From Candidatus Woesearchaeota archaeon (GTDB taxonomy: Archaea > Nanobdellota > Nanobdellia > Woesearchaeales > GW2011-AR4), in assembly GCA_016185755.1 (NCBI GenBank), contig JACPMX010000006.1:98644-162643 (forward strand): 64,000 bases of DNA. The letters run 5' to 3'. Positions within the stretch are counted from its first letter, which is position 1. The number at the start of each line of letters is the position of its first letter. The translations under genes and the position numbers were made by a program. This document shows positions 1 through 8,057 of this stretch, one piece after another. Below the pieces are notes generated by a model. It saw nothing but the letters and a program-made list of their open reading frames with translations, did no database searches and had not been told where the DNA came from.

Positions 1-69
1 GCAACAGCCTTCTTTTTGTTTTACTTCAGCCCCATAGGGGCTTCCATGTTTGGCTGAACGGGCATTAGA

Positions 70-81
70 AAAATATATATA
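70..81 (+). promoter_or_regulatory. TATA-like box upstream of tRNA-Val
   Basis: A/T-only run AAATATATATA lies about 25-35 nt upstream of the tRNA 5' end at 105, the spacing expected for an archaeal TATA box. Confidence 0.35.
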
Positions 82-104
82 GCATAGAAAAACTTAAATC
101 CCAT

Positions 105-210
105 GGGCCTGTAGTCTAGCGGTTTAACAAAAGTTACGTAAATGACGTCACCTCGACAATTATTAAATTCGGTATGGTGAAGGTCACCAGTTCGAATCTG
201 GTCAGGCCCA
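105..210 (+). tRNA. tRNA-Val(GAC) with two introns
   Basis: Acceptor GGGCCTG/CAGGCCC, D stem GTC/GAC, anticodon stem TCACC/GGTGA, T arm ACCAG-TTCGAAT-CTGGT, discriminator A. It is 106 nt because the D loop is 25 nt (about 16 nt extra) and a 16-nt insert (159-174) follows position 37 in a bulge-helix-bulge-like fold (TCGA/TCGG helix). Anticodon G155 A156 C157. No encoded CCA. Confidence 0.75.
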
Positions 211-255
211 TATTTTTAACATGGCAGAAATCATATAAAATTTACAATTACTAAA

Positions 256-1350
256 ATGGGTGATGCAACAAAATCAAGGCTCTATCCAAAGATATTTTTT
301 TCTATTTTGGTATTTGCCACTTTATTGCTTGCATTCTACATAGCAAGGCCTTTTCTGCCTGCGCTCCTGACCGGCGCCATAATAGCGTACCTGTCATATC
401 CTTTATACGAGAAAACTTTGAAGCGCATAAAAAACAGGAGCATAGCGTCCCTTATCGTCACAATTCTGATAATTCTTATTTTCACATTGCCCCTTATACT
501 GGTAATCGGGCTTGTATCAAAAGAAGCTTATGCAACATACAACTCCATTAACCAGCATAACCTTGGGACAAATTTCATCAGGATAGTGTGCAAGGATGAA
601 AGCTGGCTTTCATGCAGGACCCTGAAGTCTTTCACAGGCTTTTTGCCGAAGGAAGACCTTGATTATTATCTTCAGTCCTCCATAGAAAAAATCACGGGGT
701 TTATCATAAATAATGTCTCAAACTTGGCAGCGTCTATACCATCCATACTGCTGAATTTTTTCGTGATGGTGTTTGTAATTTATTATCTCCTTATAGACGG
801 CCCGTCAATAGCCAGAAGGATAAAGAACATGCTGCCGCTTAAGGAGCCTCACAAGCAGCATGTTATGGACAAGTTCCATGATGTCACGATAGCGGTTTTT
901 TACGGCAACATATCAATGGCTGTTCTCCAGGGAATCCTTGGAGGCATAGGGTTTTGGCTGCTCGGAGTCCCGTCTCCAATTTTGTGGGGTTTTGTAATGA
1001 TAATTTTTGCATTGGTGCCTTATTTTGGAGCGGCTGTTGTATGGCTTCCGGCTTCGCTTAATCTTATCTTCATGGGGTACCTTCAGAATGACAGCTCTGC
1101 AACAACCCGGGGAATAATACTTGGAGTTTATGGATTATTGATAATAAGCAGCATAGACAATCTTCTAAAGCCGAGATTAATAGGCAGGAATGGAAGAGTC
1201 CACCCAATACTTGTTCTTATCGGCGTCCTTGGAGGATTGAGCCTTTTCGGCTTTATAGGCTTGATTTTGGGCCCTGTCCTGCTTGCCCTGCTTATGACCT
1301 TCGTCGACATTTATGAGGAGGAAAAGGCAGAGATGGAGAATTATTTTTGA
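256..1350 (+). CDS. AI-2E family transporter (UPF0118/PerM-like permease)
   Basis: 364-aa polytopic membrane ORF whose N- and C-terminal hydrophobic pattern is typical of the family (ARPFLPALLTGAIIAYLSYPLY, GLILGPVLLALL). Motif recognition only. Confidence 0.6.
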   Translation: MGDATKSRLYPKIFFSILVFATLLLAFYIARPFLPALLTGAIIAYLSYPLYEKTLKRIKNRSIASLIVTILIILIFTLPLILVIGLVSKEAYATYNSINQHNLGTNFIRIVCKDESWLSCRTLKSFTGFLPKEDLDYYLQSSIEKITGFIINNVSNLAASIPSILLNFFVMVFVIYYLLIDGPSIARRIKNMLPLKEPHKQHVMDKFHDVTIAVFYGNISMAVLQGILGGIGFWLLGVPSPILWGFVMIIFALVPYFGAAVVWLPASLNLIFMGYLQNDSSATTRGIILGVYGLLIISSIDNLLKPRLIGRNGRVHPILVLIGVLGGLSLFGFIGLILGPVLLALLMTFVDIYEEEKAEMENYF

Positions 1351-1353
1351 AAA

Positions 1354-2838
1354 ATGAGGCTCAAAGTAAGGGACATAGACATTTCCAGCGGCGGCCCCCT
1401 GGTTGCCGTTATGAACAAAGAGGACGCTGCAGCGCTTGACTTGCACGTGATGGACAGGATAAAAATAAGGAAAAACGGCAGGATTGAAACTGCAGTTATC
1501 GACATTGCGCAGAGCAGCAAGATTGTGCCGAAGGGAAAGCTTGGGGTTTTTGAGGAGGTCATTTCTTCATTGAAGCTGAAAAACAATGACGCAGTTGAAA
1601 TTTCCATTGCCAGAAAGCCCTTGTCCCTCGATTACATCAAGAAAAAGCTTGACGGCCGCAAGCTGGACAAAAAGGAAATCAACCAGATAGTGTGGGACAT
1701 TGTGCACAACAAGCTGAGCGCAGTCGAGCTTACATATTTTGTCGCTGCCTGCTATACAAATGTGATGTCAACAGATGAGACGCTGCTTCTTACAAAAGCA
1801 ATGGTCAGTCATGGCGATACCCTGAAGCTTAACAAATATCCGGTCATTGACAAGCACTCCATCGGGGGCATTCCGGGCAACAGGACTACAATGGTTGTTG
1901 TCCCCATAATGGCTGCTGCAGGCTATTTCATGCCGAAAACAAGCTCCCGCTCCATAACAAGCCCTGCAGGCACAGCAGACACGATGGAGGTTCTTACGAA
2001 TGTAACATTTCCAATAAAAAAAATGAAAGAGATAGTGCTGAAAACGAATGGCTGCATAGTGTGGGGTGGCTCCCTCAATCTTGCGCCTGCAGACGACAAG
2101 ATAATATCTGTCGAGAGGCCGCTGGAGATAGACGCTGAAAGCCAGCTTCTTGCATCCATAATGGCAAAAAAGCATTCCGTGTCAAGCACACACATACTTA
2201 TTGATATTCCTGTCGGCAACAACACGAAAGTGAAAAATAGGGCAGGGGCATTCAGGCTCAAGAAGGAGTTTGAGAAGATAGGCAGGAAGCTCAGAAAGCA
2301 TATCAGGGTTCTGGTTACAAACGGAAAGCAGCCCATCGGCAACGGCATAGGGCCTGCCCTGGAGGCAAGGGATGTGCTCTGGCTGCTTAAAAGAGATCCC
2401 CGCAGGCCCCTTGATTTGGAGAAAAAATGCCTTTTCATGTGCAGCCAGATATTTGCCATGGTTGGCATAAAGAATGGCCACAAGCGCGCTCTTGAAATAC
2501 TTGACTCGGGAAAAGCATATCTCAAGATGCTGCAGATAATAAAGGCCCAGGGGGGAAAAGAGACTGCGGCAGAGGACATAAAGATAGGCGGGTTAAGCTT
2601 TGATGTCTTGTCTGCAAAAAAGGGGAAACTTGTATTTATAGACAATCACCTGGTTTCAAGGATTGCAAGGATTGCCGGGGCTCCAATCGACAAGGGAGCG
2701 GGGATTTACCTCTACAAGCACCTTAATGATAAGATAAGAAGAGGAGAGAAATTATTCACAGTTTATGCAGAAAGCAAGCGGGAGCTTGAATATGCGAAGG
2801 ATGTTGCAAAGCAGAATAAGGTTTTTGTGGTGAGATGA
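1354..2838 (+). CDS. AMP phosphorylase (archaeal thymidine-phosphorylase family enzyme)
   Basis: 494 aa. Extra N-terminal domain MRLKVRDIDISSGGPLVAVMNKEDA typical of archaeal AMP phosphorylases, followed by a glycosyltransferase family 3 core with HSIGGIPGNRTT and SPAGTADTMEV. Confidence 0.75.
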   Translation: MRLKVRDIDISSGGPLVAVMNKEDAAALDLHVMDRIKIRKNGRIETAVIDIAQSSKIVPKGKLGVFEEVISSLKLKNNDAVEISIARKPLSLDYIKKKLDGRKLDKKEINQIVWDIVHNKLSAVELTYFVAACYTNVMSTDETLLLTKAMVSHGDTLKLNKYPVIDKHSIGGIPGNRTTMVVVPIMAAAGYFMPKTSSRSITSPAGTADTMEVLTNVTFPIKKMKEIVLKTNGCIVWGGSLNLAPADDKIISVERPLEIDAESQLLASIMAKKHSVSSTHILIDIPVGNNTKVKNRAGAFRLKKEFEKIGRKLRKHIRVLVTNGKQPIGNGIGPALEARDVLWLLKRDPRRPLDLEKKCLFMCSQIFAMVGIKNGHKRALEILDSGKAYLKMLQIIKAQGGKETAAEDIKIGGLSFDVLSAKKGKLVFIDNHLVSRIARIAGAPIDKGAGIYLYKHLNDKIRRGEKLFTVYAESKRELEYAKDVAKQNKVFVVR

Positions 2839-3176
2839 ATTGTTCTAATGACATATCATATTTTTAGATAACTTCAAAATTTTATTCAATCTTCACTAAA
2901 ATAATTTAAAATTTCCTCTAAGCCTTCTGCGAATTGCTCCAATAAATCATTAAAATCAATGTTAATATTTAAGATAATCATAAAAAATCACACTCCGAGT
3001 GTAATAAATAAGAACTAATATTTATTTGTACACTTTTTATTCTAAAATAACCAAACATTTGAGTTGAATAAAACCTATATTCTTAGTTTAAAAACTAGAG
3101 TTATATAGTTACTATACAAAATGAAGAATATAAAAGAAAAGTTTTTATATAGTTCTAAAGATTAAATTAATTGGGG

Positions 3177-3659
3177 ATGGTTCAATACAAAAAAGCAGAA
3201 TTGGAACTAGACCGTGAAAAATTTGTGTTTGAAGCAAAATTTCATTGGCTAATATTTATTGGAACACTACTATTAAGTTCAATTCTAGGATATTATGCTG
3301 CCGTAAACCAAAAAAACACAATTGCTATGGTAGTTCTAGGTGTGTTTATGGCAGCAATGACAATTGCGATGATTATGCAGTACTTTAATGTTATCAGTCA
3401 ATTTAAAAAAGTTGGTGAGAGATATACCAAACTGATAGGAAACAAGACAGCAAAGAAACAGGCGAGTCTTTCTGAAAAAAGAAACTTTTGGTTATCTGTT
3501 ATGGCAAGCTTTTTAACTATTATGGTTTTAACTGCAGGTGATATTCTAGGAAGTTTGTTTGGATTTACTCATTTTTGGTCTAATATATTCATATTTGGAC
3601 TTTCAGCTATAGCCATTTTTATAATATCAATTAGATATTTTACCAATACACCAAGATAA
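3177..3659 (+). CDS. hypothetical membrane protein
   Basis: ORF with four predicted hydrophobic helices in an AT-rich segment. First ATG at 3177 (the track ORF begins at 3171 with TTG). Confidence 0.5.
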   Translation: MVQYKKAELELDREKFVFEAKFHWLIFIGTLLLSSILGYYAAVNQKNTIAMVVLGVFMAAMTIAMIMQYFNVISQFKKVGERYTKLIGNKTAKKQASLSEKRNFWLSVMASFLTIMVLTAGDILGSLFGFTHFWSNIFIFGLSAIAIFIISIRYFTNTPR

Positions 3660-3729
3660 AAAATGATAGATTTTTCTGGTAGCTAAGACTTGCTTTGATA
3701 ATTATAGTTTAGTAATCACAAAAAATAAA

Positions 3730-3853
3730 CGCCGACGCCCGGATTTGAACCGAGATACCCTTTCGGGAACCAGCTCTCAAGGCTAGCGCAATGTTCCCCA
3801 GCGGAAAACTGCGAAAACTTCGTTTTCGCGCTTCCAGGTTATGCGACGTCGGC
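3730..3853 (-). tRNA. tRNA-Ser(TGA) with one non-canonical (D-loop) intron
   Basis: Minus strand: acceptor GCCGACG/CGTCGGC, discriminator G. D stem GCA pairs with TGC only after a ~40-nt insert (about 3792-3831). Anticodon arm CTAGC-CTTGAGA-GCTGG, long variable arm TTCCCGAAAGGGTA, T arm CTCGG-TTCAAAT-CCGGG. Confidence 0.8.
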
Positions 3854-3953
3854 ATTCAGAAAAAGATTAAGCTTTATTATAAATTTATTGATTGAATTCA
3901 GCGCCCGTGATGTAGAATTACTTTATAAACTTCATGCAATAGATACCCTGTTG

Positions 3954-4139
3954 TTATTTTTTAGGCATCAGCACCGGAATTCCATCATTTATCGGATATT
4001 TCTCCCCGCATCCTGAGCAGACAAGCCCCTTCCCGTCATTTGTATATTCAAGGTCTGCCTTGCAGAGAGGGCATGCCAAAATGTCAAACAGCTCCTTTGG
4101 TATGGGTTCTTCCCCGCTTTTTTGCTCTTTTTTCCGCAT
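3954..4139 (-). CDS. Trm112-like zinc-ribbon protein
   Basis: 61 aa with LACPLCKADL...LVCSGCGEKYPINDGIPVLM, the Trm112/UPF0434 pattern. Confidence 0.7.
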   Translation of the reverse strand: MRKKEQKSGEEPIPKELFDILACPLCKADLEYTNDGKGLVCSGCGEKYPINDGIPVLMPKK

Positions 4140-4148
4140 TTTGCCCGA

Positions 4149-4157
4149 AAAATGACC
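4149..4157. repeat. target-site duplication, left copy (AAAATGACC)
   Basis: The identical 9-mer recurs in direct orientation at 8058-8066. Each copy sits one nucleotide outside the inverted termini. Confidence 0.65.
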
Positions 4158-4158
4158 A

Positions 4159-4218
4159 GCTTTGCACTTTTATTAACCCTATTTATGTGCAATCGGTATT
4201 TCTGCACATTTTTTAAAG
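4159..4218. repeat. left terminal inverted repeat region
   Basis: The reverse complement aligns with 8020-8056 in two blocks: 19 of 20 nt with one indel, and 14 nt with a 4-nt indel. It overlaps the 3' end of the transposase ORF. Confidence 0.6.
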
Positions 4219-5339
4219 TTTACGTCTATTCCAAGTTCCAGCGACTCCTGAATCAAAACGCACAGGTTGTGGGCAAGGCATTTAGCCAGAATCTCGTTGT
4301 TTTGCGAAACTTCATTTCTCGACCTCAAGTGGTCTCCAAATTTCCGCTTTAGCATGTTGAACGTGCTCTCGACATTGCTTCGCTTGTGATAGTGCATAAG
4401 GAAATCCTCCCTCTTTTGCATGTAGTAAAGGTACATCTTACGCCATATCTCAGAGCCACGCTGCTTCCCTGTTGCGTTGCTCTTGAACGGGATGAAGGCT
4501 ATCCCTCCTGCATTCTGGACAGCTTCAAGGTTATCCCTTGAGGAATACCCTTTGTCTGCGGAAACCTCCCTAATGCCGTATATTTGGCTTGTCGTACTAA
4601 TCAAGTCACCAAACTGAGGACTATCGGCGTAAGTGCCCTTCGTGATTTTGGCTGCGGTTATTATGTTCGTCCTCACGCCACAAGTCAGATGTGTCTTCCT
4701 GAATCGTCTCCTGTCCGAATCCTTGCCTGTCCTTGCGTCAAACCAAGGGTCATAAAGGCTTGTGGAAAACCCAGAAGAATCGACTGCAAAATCCGTCTCA
4801 ACTTGCTGCAACGGCAATCCTGAGACATTGACAAGGTGCTTGAAATAGACTTCCAGATTGGTGTCTTTCAGGCATTTCAGGATGGTGTTGAAATGAGGTG
4901 TCTTGTCTACGAATCCAAGCTGCCTGCATAGCTCCAAGTCCGCAATGCAGCGTCTGGAACTCTTGATGTTGTAGGCCTGCAAGGTAAGGTAGAAAATCTT
5001 GTCTTTTGTCGGGATTGGATTTCTTCCAACGCCTCTTTTTGTCTCTGGAAATGGAATTGAATCAAGAAGTTCGTTTAGGATGCTAATTAGCAAAGTCTTC
5101 TCCCGCATCTGGGCTTCGTTGTAACTTGGCCAATCTTGCGGGTAAGTTTTCTTTTCGCCGAATGGTTTTGGTACGTATTCCTCGAATTTTGGTTTCCTCT
5201 GTTTTCCATGCTCCAATTCATTTTTCACCTTCTCCAATACTCTGGAGAGGTCTTCGTAGATATCAAATTCTATCGAATGTTTTTTATACTCAGAGAACTC
5301 CTTACTGCTCTGAGGACTATTTTGTGCTTCGCGGTACAT
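4179..5339 (-). CDS. DDE transposase (IS4/IS5-type)
   Basis: Acidic triad context AVDSSG, SADKGYSS, NVESTF. Y-x2-R-x3-E-x6-K signature YHKRSNVESTFNMLK. ATG at 5339 is preceded by GGAGGA (the track ORF extends to a GTG at 5420). Confidence 0.8.
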   Translation of the reverse strand: MYREAQNSPQSSKEFSEYKKHSIEFDIYEDLSRVLEKVKNELEHGKQRKPKFEEYVPKPFGEKKTYPQDWPSYNEAQMREKTLLISILNELLDSIPFPETKRGVGRNPIPTKDKIFYLTLQAYNIKSSRRCIADLELCRQLGFVDKTPHFNTILKCLKDTNLEVYFKHLVNVSGLPLQQVETDFAVDSSGFSTSLYDPWFDARTGKDSDRRRFRKTHLTCGVRTNIITAAKITKGTYADSPQFGDLISTTSQIYGIREVSADKGYSSRDNLEAVQNAGGIAFIPFKSNATGKQRGSEIWRKMYLYYMQKREDFLMHYHKRSNVESTFNMLKRKFGDHLRSRNEVSQNNEILAKCLAHNLCVLIQESLELGIDVNFKKCAEIPIAHK

Positions 5340-5531
5340 TTTAGCTCCTCCTGACCTTAAGCCTTCGGGCTTTTGGTCGGTACTTTTAAGCATGATAATT
5401 TGTGAAAGGTAAGCACACACCCCATGCTTGGTTGTTCATACAATTAACCTCCGTCTGGGCCTAAGAGGGGTGGCTTCTCCGCTTACCTTTAATTTGGTAA
5501 ATTAACATATATTTAAATCTTTTGGTTAGTA

Positions 5532-5640
5532 TGTGTATGTGTGTATAAATACTTTAATCTCTAAACTCTGGTTTTTGTGTGTATATACACTCATTTTAAC
5601 ACTTTAGAAAAGTTTATAAAACAAACACATATACACATAT
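5532..5640 (+). promoter_or_regulatory. operator-like GTGTATA repeats and TATA box upstream of the RHH-DGQHR gene
   Basis: TGTGTATGTGTGTATA (5532-5547), perfect palindrome GTGTATATACAC (5579-5590), TTTATAAAA (5613-5621), and ACACATATACACATAT (5625-5640) abutting the ATG. Confidence 0.4.
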
Positions 5641-5641
5641 C

Positions 5642-7048
5642 ATGGGAAGAATACAAGTAGTTCTTAAGGACGAGACTGAAACAGAATTTAGAAATTTTTT
5701 AGCTAGAGAAGGTAGTATGAAAAAGGGAGAAATATCTCAAGAAATTGAAAGGTTGATAACAGGAGCAATCAGCACAGAGAAAATTGGAGATATAGGATTT
5801 ATTAAACAAGATTCCTCATTAGAAATTAATGATATTACTAAGGACCAAATAAAAGAGTTTTATGATAAAATAGAATTGTTAGAAAAAAAATTTGGACAAA
5901 CATTAATTTTATTGATTGACAAAAGAATTGATGCTTTATACACTGAATGTCATATAAGTAGTAAGGATTTAATTGGCAACATGGATCTAGACCCTTCAAT
6001 TGACCAAGAATATCAAGAAGAATTTAGAGCTAACAGGAATTTTGAAGAAGATAATCCAGATTATTTAGTTATGGTTGAAGATGCAAAAAATGGGAGACAA
6101 TTCTCCGATATAGTTATTGAATATAATTCATCAGAAAAATATTCTAAATCATTTAGACCATTAAAAGTATATGGCGGTCAACATAGATGTCATGCCATCG
6201 AAGAAGCCTATAAAGATAATGTAAATAGGTATCATGGGACAAGAGTTTATTTTAATCTGGATAAAGACCAAAGAGGGAATATTGCTATAGTATCAAATAC
6301 TAATATTCAAGTATCCAATGATTTAAGAGACAGGCTCAATGAACAATCACTCGACCCCCCAAATAAATTAAGAGATTTTTGTTATAAAATGGGGTTGTTG
6401 GATGAAAGTAAAAAGCAAGATTTTAGTTCTAAAAAACATAGTAAAGAAGCTCTTCCTACAGTAAGAGCAATGAGAACTTTTGTTGTTAATTTCCATCTAG
6501 GCAAGGAAGACCAAAGAAAGTTTGATGAAAAACCAATAGTTCCACCTCTTTGCGAAACTGGTGGTTCTGATGATAAATATTTAAAAATATACAAAAAGAA
6601 AAATTTTGTTGAAGAATCTGATTTAGTGGATGCAGGCTTGAATTTTGTAAAACTATGTAATAAACAAAAAGAGAAAGCTGATGGTAAATCAAAGAATATG
6701 GCTTTAACGTTAGCCATAGTTGCTAGTTGGTCTTATGCAGCAGGTTTATTGCAAAAAGACAAAACAAGATTGAAAAAACTATATTCGTTACCAGATGCCA
6801 CAATTAAAGAGCCATTAAATTCAAATGCTTTATCAAATGCAAGAGGTAAGGATGACTTAAAAAATTATCGTGGTTTAATAACTAGATATGGCGAAAAGGA
6901 AAGGGGAAGATTACTACAAATATTTTTAACTTATTCGAAATCAGCTAAAAATGAAATCTCACTAGAAATGTGTAATTATGCTATTAAATTATATCATTCA
7001 AAAAAGGAAAATCAAGAACTAGAGGACTTGGCCAACAGGGTTTATTAG
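5642..7048 (+). CDS. RHH-domain / DGQHR-domain (DndB-like, ParB-fold) protein
   Basis: 468 aa. N-terminal ribbon-helix-helix-like RIQVVLKDETETEFRNFLAREG...ISQEIERLI, and a central KVYGGQHRCHAIEEA that matches the DGQHR signature. AT-rich coding sequence. Confidence 0.6.
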   Translation: MGRIQVVLKDETETEFRNFLAREGSMKKGEISQEIERLITGAISTEKIGDIGFIKQDSSLEINDITKDQIKEFYDKIELLEKKFGQTLILLIDKRIDALYTECHISSKDLIGNMDLDPSIDQEYQEEFRANRNFEEDNPDYLVMVEDAKNGRQFSDIVIEYNSSEKYSKSFRPLKVYGGQHRCHAIEEAYKDNVNRYHGTRVYFNLDKDQRGNIAIVSNTNIQVSNDLRDRLNEQSLDPPNKLRDFCYKMGLLDESKKQDFSSKKHSKEALPTVRAMRTFVVNFHLGKEDQRKFDEKPIVPPLCETGGSDDKYLKIYKKKNFVEESDLVDAGLNFVKLCNKQKEKADGKSKNMALTLAIVASWSYAAGLLQKDKTRLKKLYSLPDATIKEPLNSNALSNARGKDDLKNYRGLITRYGEKERGRLLQIFLTYSKSAKNEISLEMCNYAIKLYHSKKENQELEDLANRVY

Positions 7049-7057
7049 ATTTTGCAG

Positions 7058-7894
7058 CTAATTGTTATTTGATAAAATAATTGGTATGTCTATAGGCTTT
7101 GCGTCTGAAATTTCTTGAATTTCTTCTTCTGTAAATTCATTAGCATTAATAAAAAAATCACCAAGTTCTATCAAATCATTATTTATAGTGTTATATTTTG
7201 TGTTACCTGTTGGCGATAGATAAGCAAACAGAATGATTATTTTACCTAATTGTTCCCTCACTAGCTTAATTGATTCTGTTAAATCAGAATCACCAGACAT
7301 AAGGATTGCCACATCATATGCATTCGAATGAGCAAATTTTATTAAGTCTGTTGCTAATTTGACATCGACGCCTTTTTGCCTTATATACCCTTCCCTATTC
7401 ACTAATGGTGTTGTTCGACGTTCAAATTTTGATTCTCTAACTTTTTTAAAGAAATCTTTTTGTTGCTCAGCCTGTGCCGCTTGATTATCCATAGCATCAA
7501 ATTTTGATTGTCTAATTTGTTCAAACTTCGTTTTTACAATATTGACATGCTGCCTAATCTCTGATTTTAAAATATTAGTTCCGCTCATTCCTTCGACTTT
7601 TTGGAGTAATTGGACTTCATTTTTTATCAGTTCATTCATATCGGTTATAGTGTTAAAACAGTCCTTACGAAATATTCCTAGCACCTTTGGAGTATACTCT
7701 CCTGTATAGATATACGTCCTAACCACTTCAAATAATTTGCTTCTGTCTTCTAATAACTCTTGTGTTTTCTTTACAATCAGTTTGTGAAAATCGTGGAATT
7801 TCCAGTCTCTTTTATCAGAAGGAGGTCTACGGTAGTTTAAACGCTCAAGACTCTTTATAGAATTTGCAGCATCATCAAAAACAATTATTTTCAT
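7058..7894 (-). CDS. NYN/LabA-like domain protein
   Basis: 278 aa with KIIVFDDAAN at the N-terminus and GVDVKLATDLI...YDVAILMSGDSDLTESIKLV, the LabA-like NYN pattern, split by a charged insert. Confidence 0.6.
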   Translation of the reverse strand: MKIIVFDDAANSIKSLERLNYRRPPSDKRDWKFHDFHKLIVKKTQELLEDRSKLFEVVRTYIYTGEYTPKVLGIFRKDCFNTITDMNELIKNEVQLLQKVEGMSGTNILKSEIRQHVNIVKTKFEQIRQSKFDAMDNQAAQAEQQKDFFKKVRESKFERRTTPLVNREGYIRQKGVDVKLATDLIKFAHSNAYDVAILMSGDSDLTESIKLVREQLGKIIILFAYLSPTGNTKYNTINNDLIELGDFFINANEFTEEEIQEISDAKPIDIPIILSNNN

Positions 7895-7907
7895 AAGCAG
7901 GAAACAT

Positions 7908-7950
7908 GAGGGTATAGTTGCTTTCCGTTATATAGAAAGCACATACCCTC
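7908..7950. promoter_or_regulatory. nested inverted repeat upstream of the NYN gene
   Basis: GAGGGTAT-agtt-GCTTTC-cgttatata-GAAAGC-ac-ATACCCTC gives 8-bp and 6-bp arms around a TATA-like loop, 14-56 nt upstream of the start at 7894. Confidence 0.4.
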
Positions 7951-8019
7951 TAGTAAATATAACTTTTAATAGATAGATATCCTTATATTTAAATATTTCT
8001 ATATTTATGTGCAAAATGC

Positions 8020-8056
8020 CTTTAAAAATGTGCAGAAAATGATTAATGTGCAAAGC
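8020..8056. repeat. right terminal inverted repeat region
   Basis: CTTTAAAAATGTGCAGAAA...TTAATGTGCAAAGC is the inverted counterpart of 4159-4218. Confidence 0.6.
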
Positions 8057-8057
8057 C

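Larger units (their letters stand above)
4158..8057 (-). mobile_element. transposon-like unit: DDE transposase plus two passenger genes
   Basis: Bounded by inverted termini GCTTTGCAC (4159-4167) and GTGCAAAGC (8048-8056) and by a second inverted block (4199-4218 versus 8020-8038). Flanked by the 9-bp direct repeat AAAATGACC. No matching end was found next to the transposase start. Confidence 0.65.

Noticed and set aside
2890-2983. 30-codon minus-strand ORF (MIILNINIDFNDLLEQFAEGLEEILNYFSED) with a GGAGTG upstream
   Set aside because: It is too short, has no motif, and lies in AT-rich DNA where such ORFs arise by chance.
5340-5640. Expectation that the IS ends just upstream of the transposase start (a 1.3-kb IS)
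   Set aside because: No sequence resembling the left terminal blocks (GCTTTGCAC, TTTCTGCACATTTT) was found in either orientation in this interval. The matching inverted blocks and the direct repeat lie at 8020-8066 instead.
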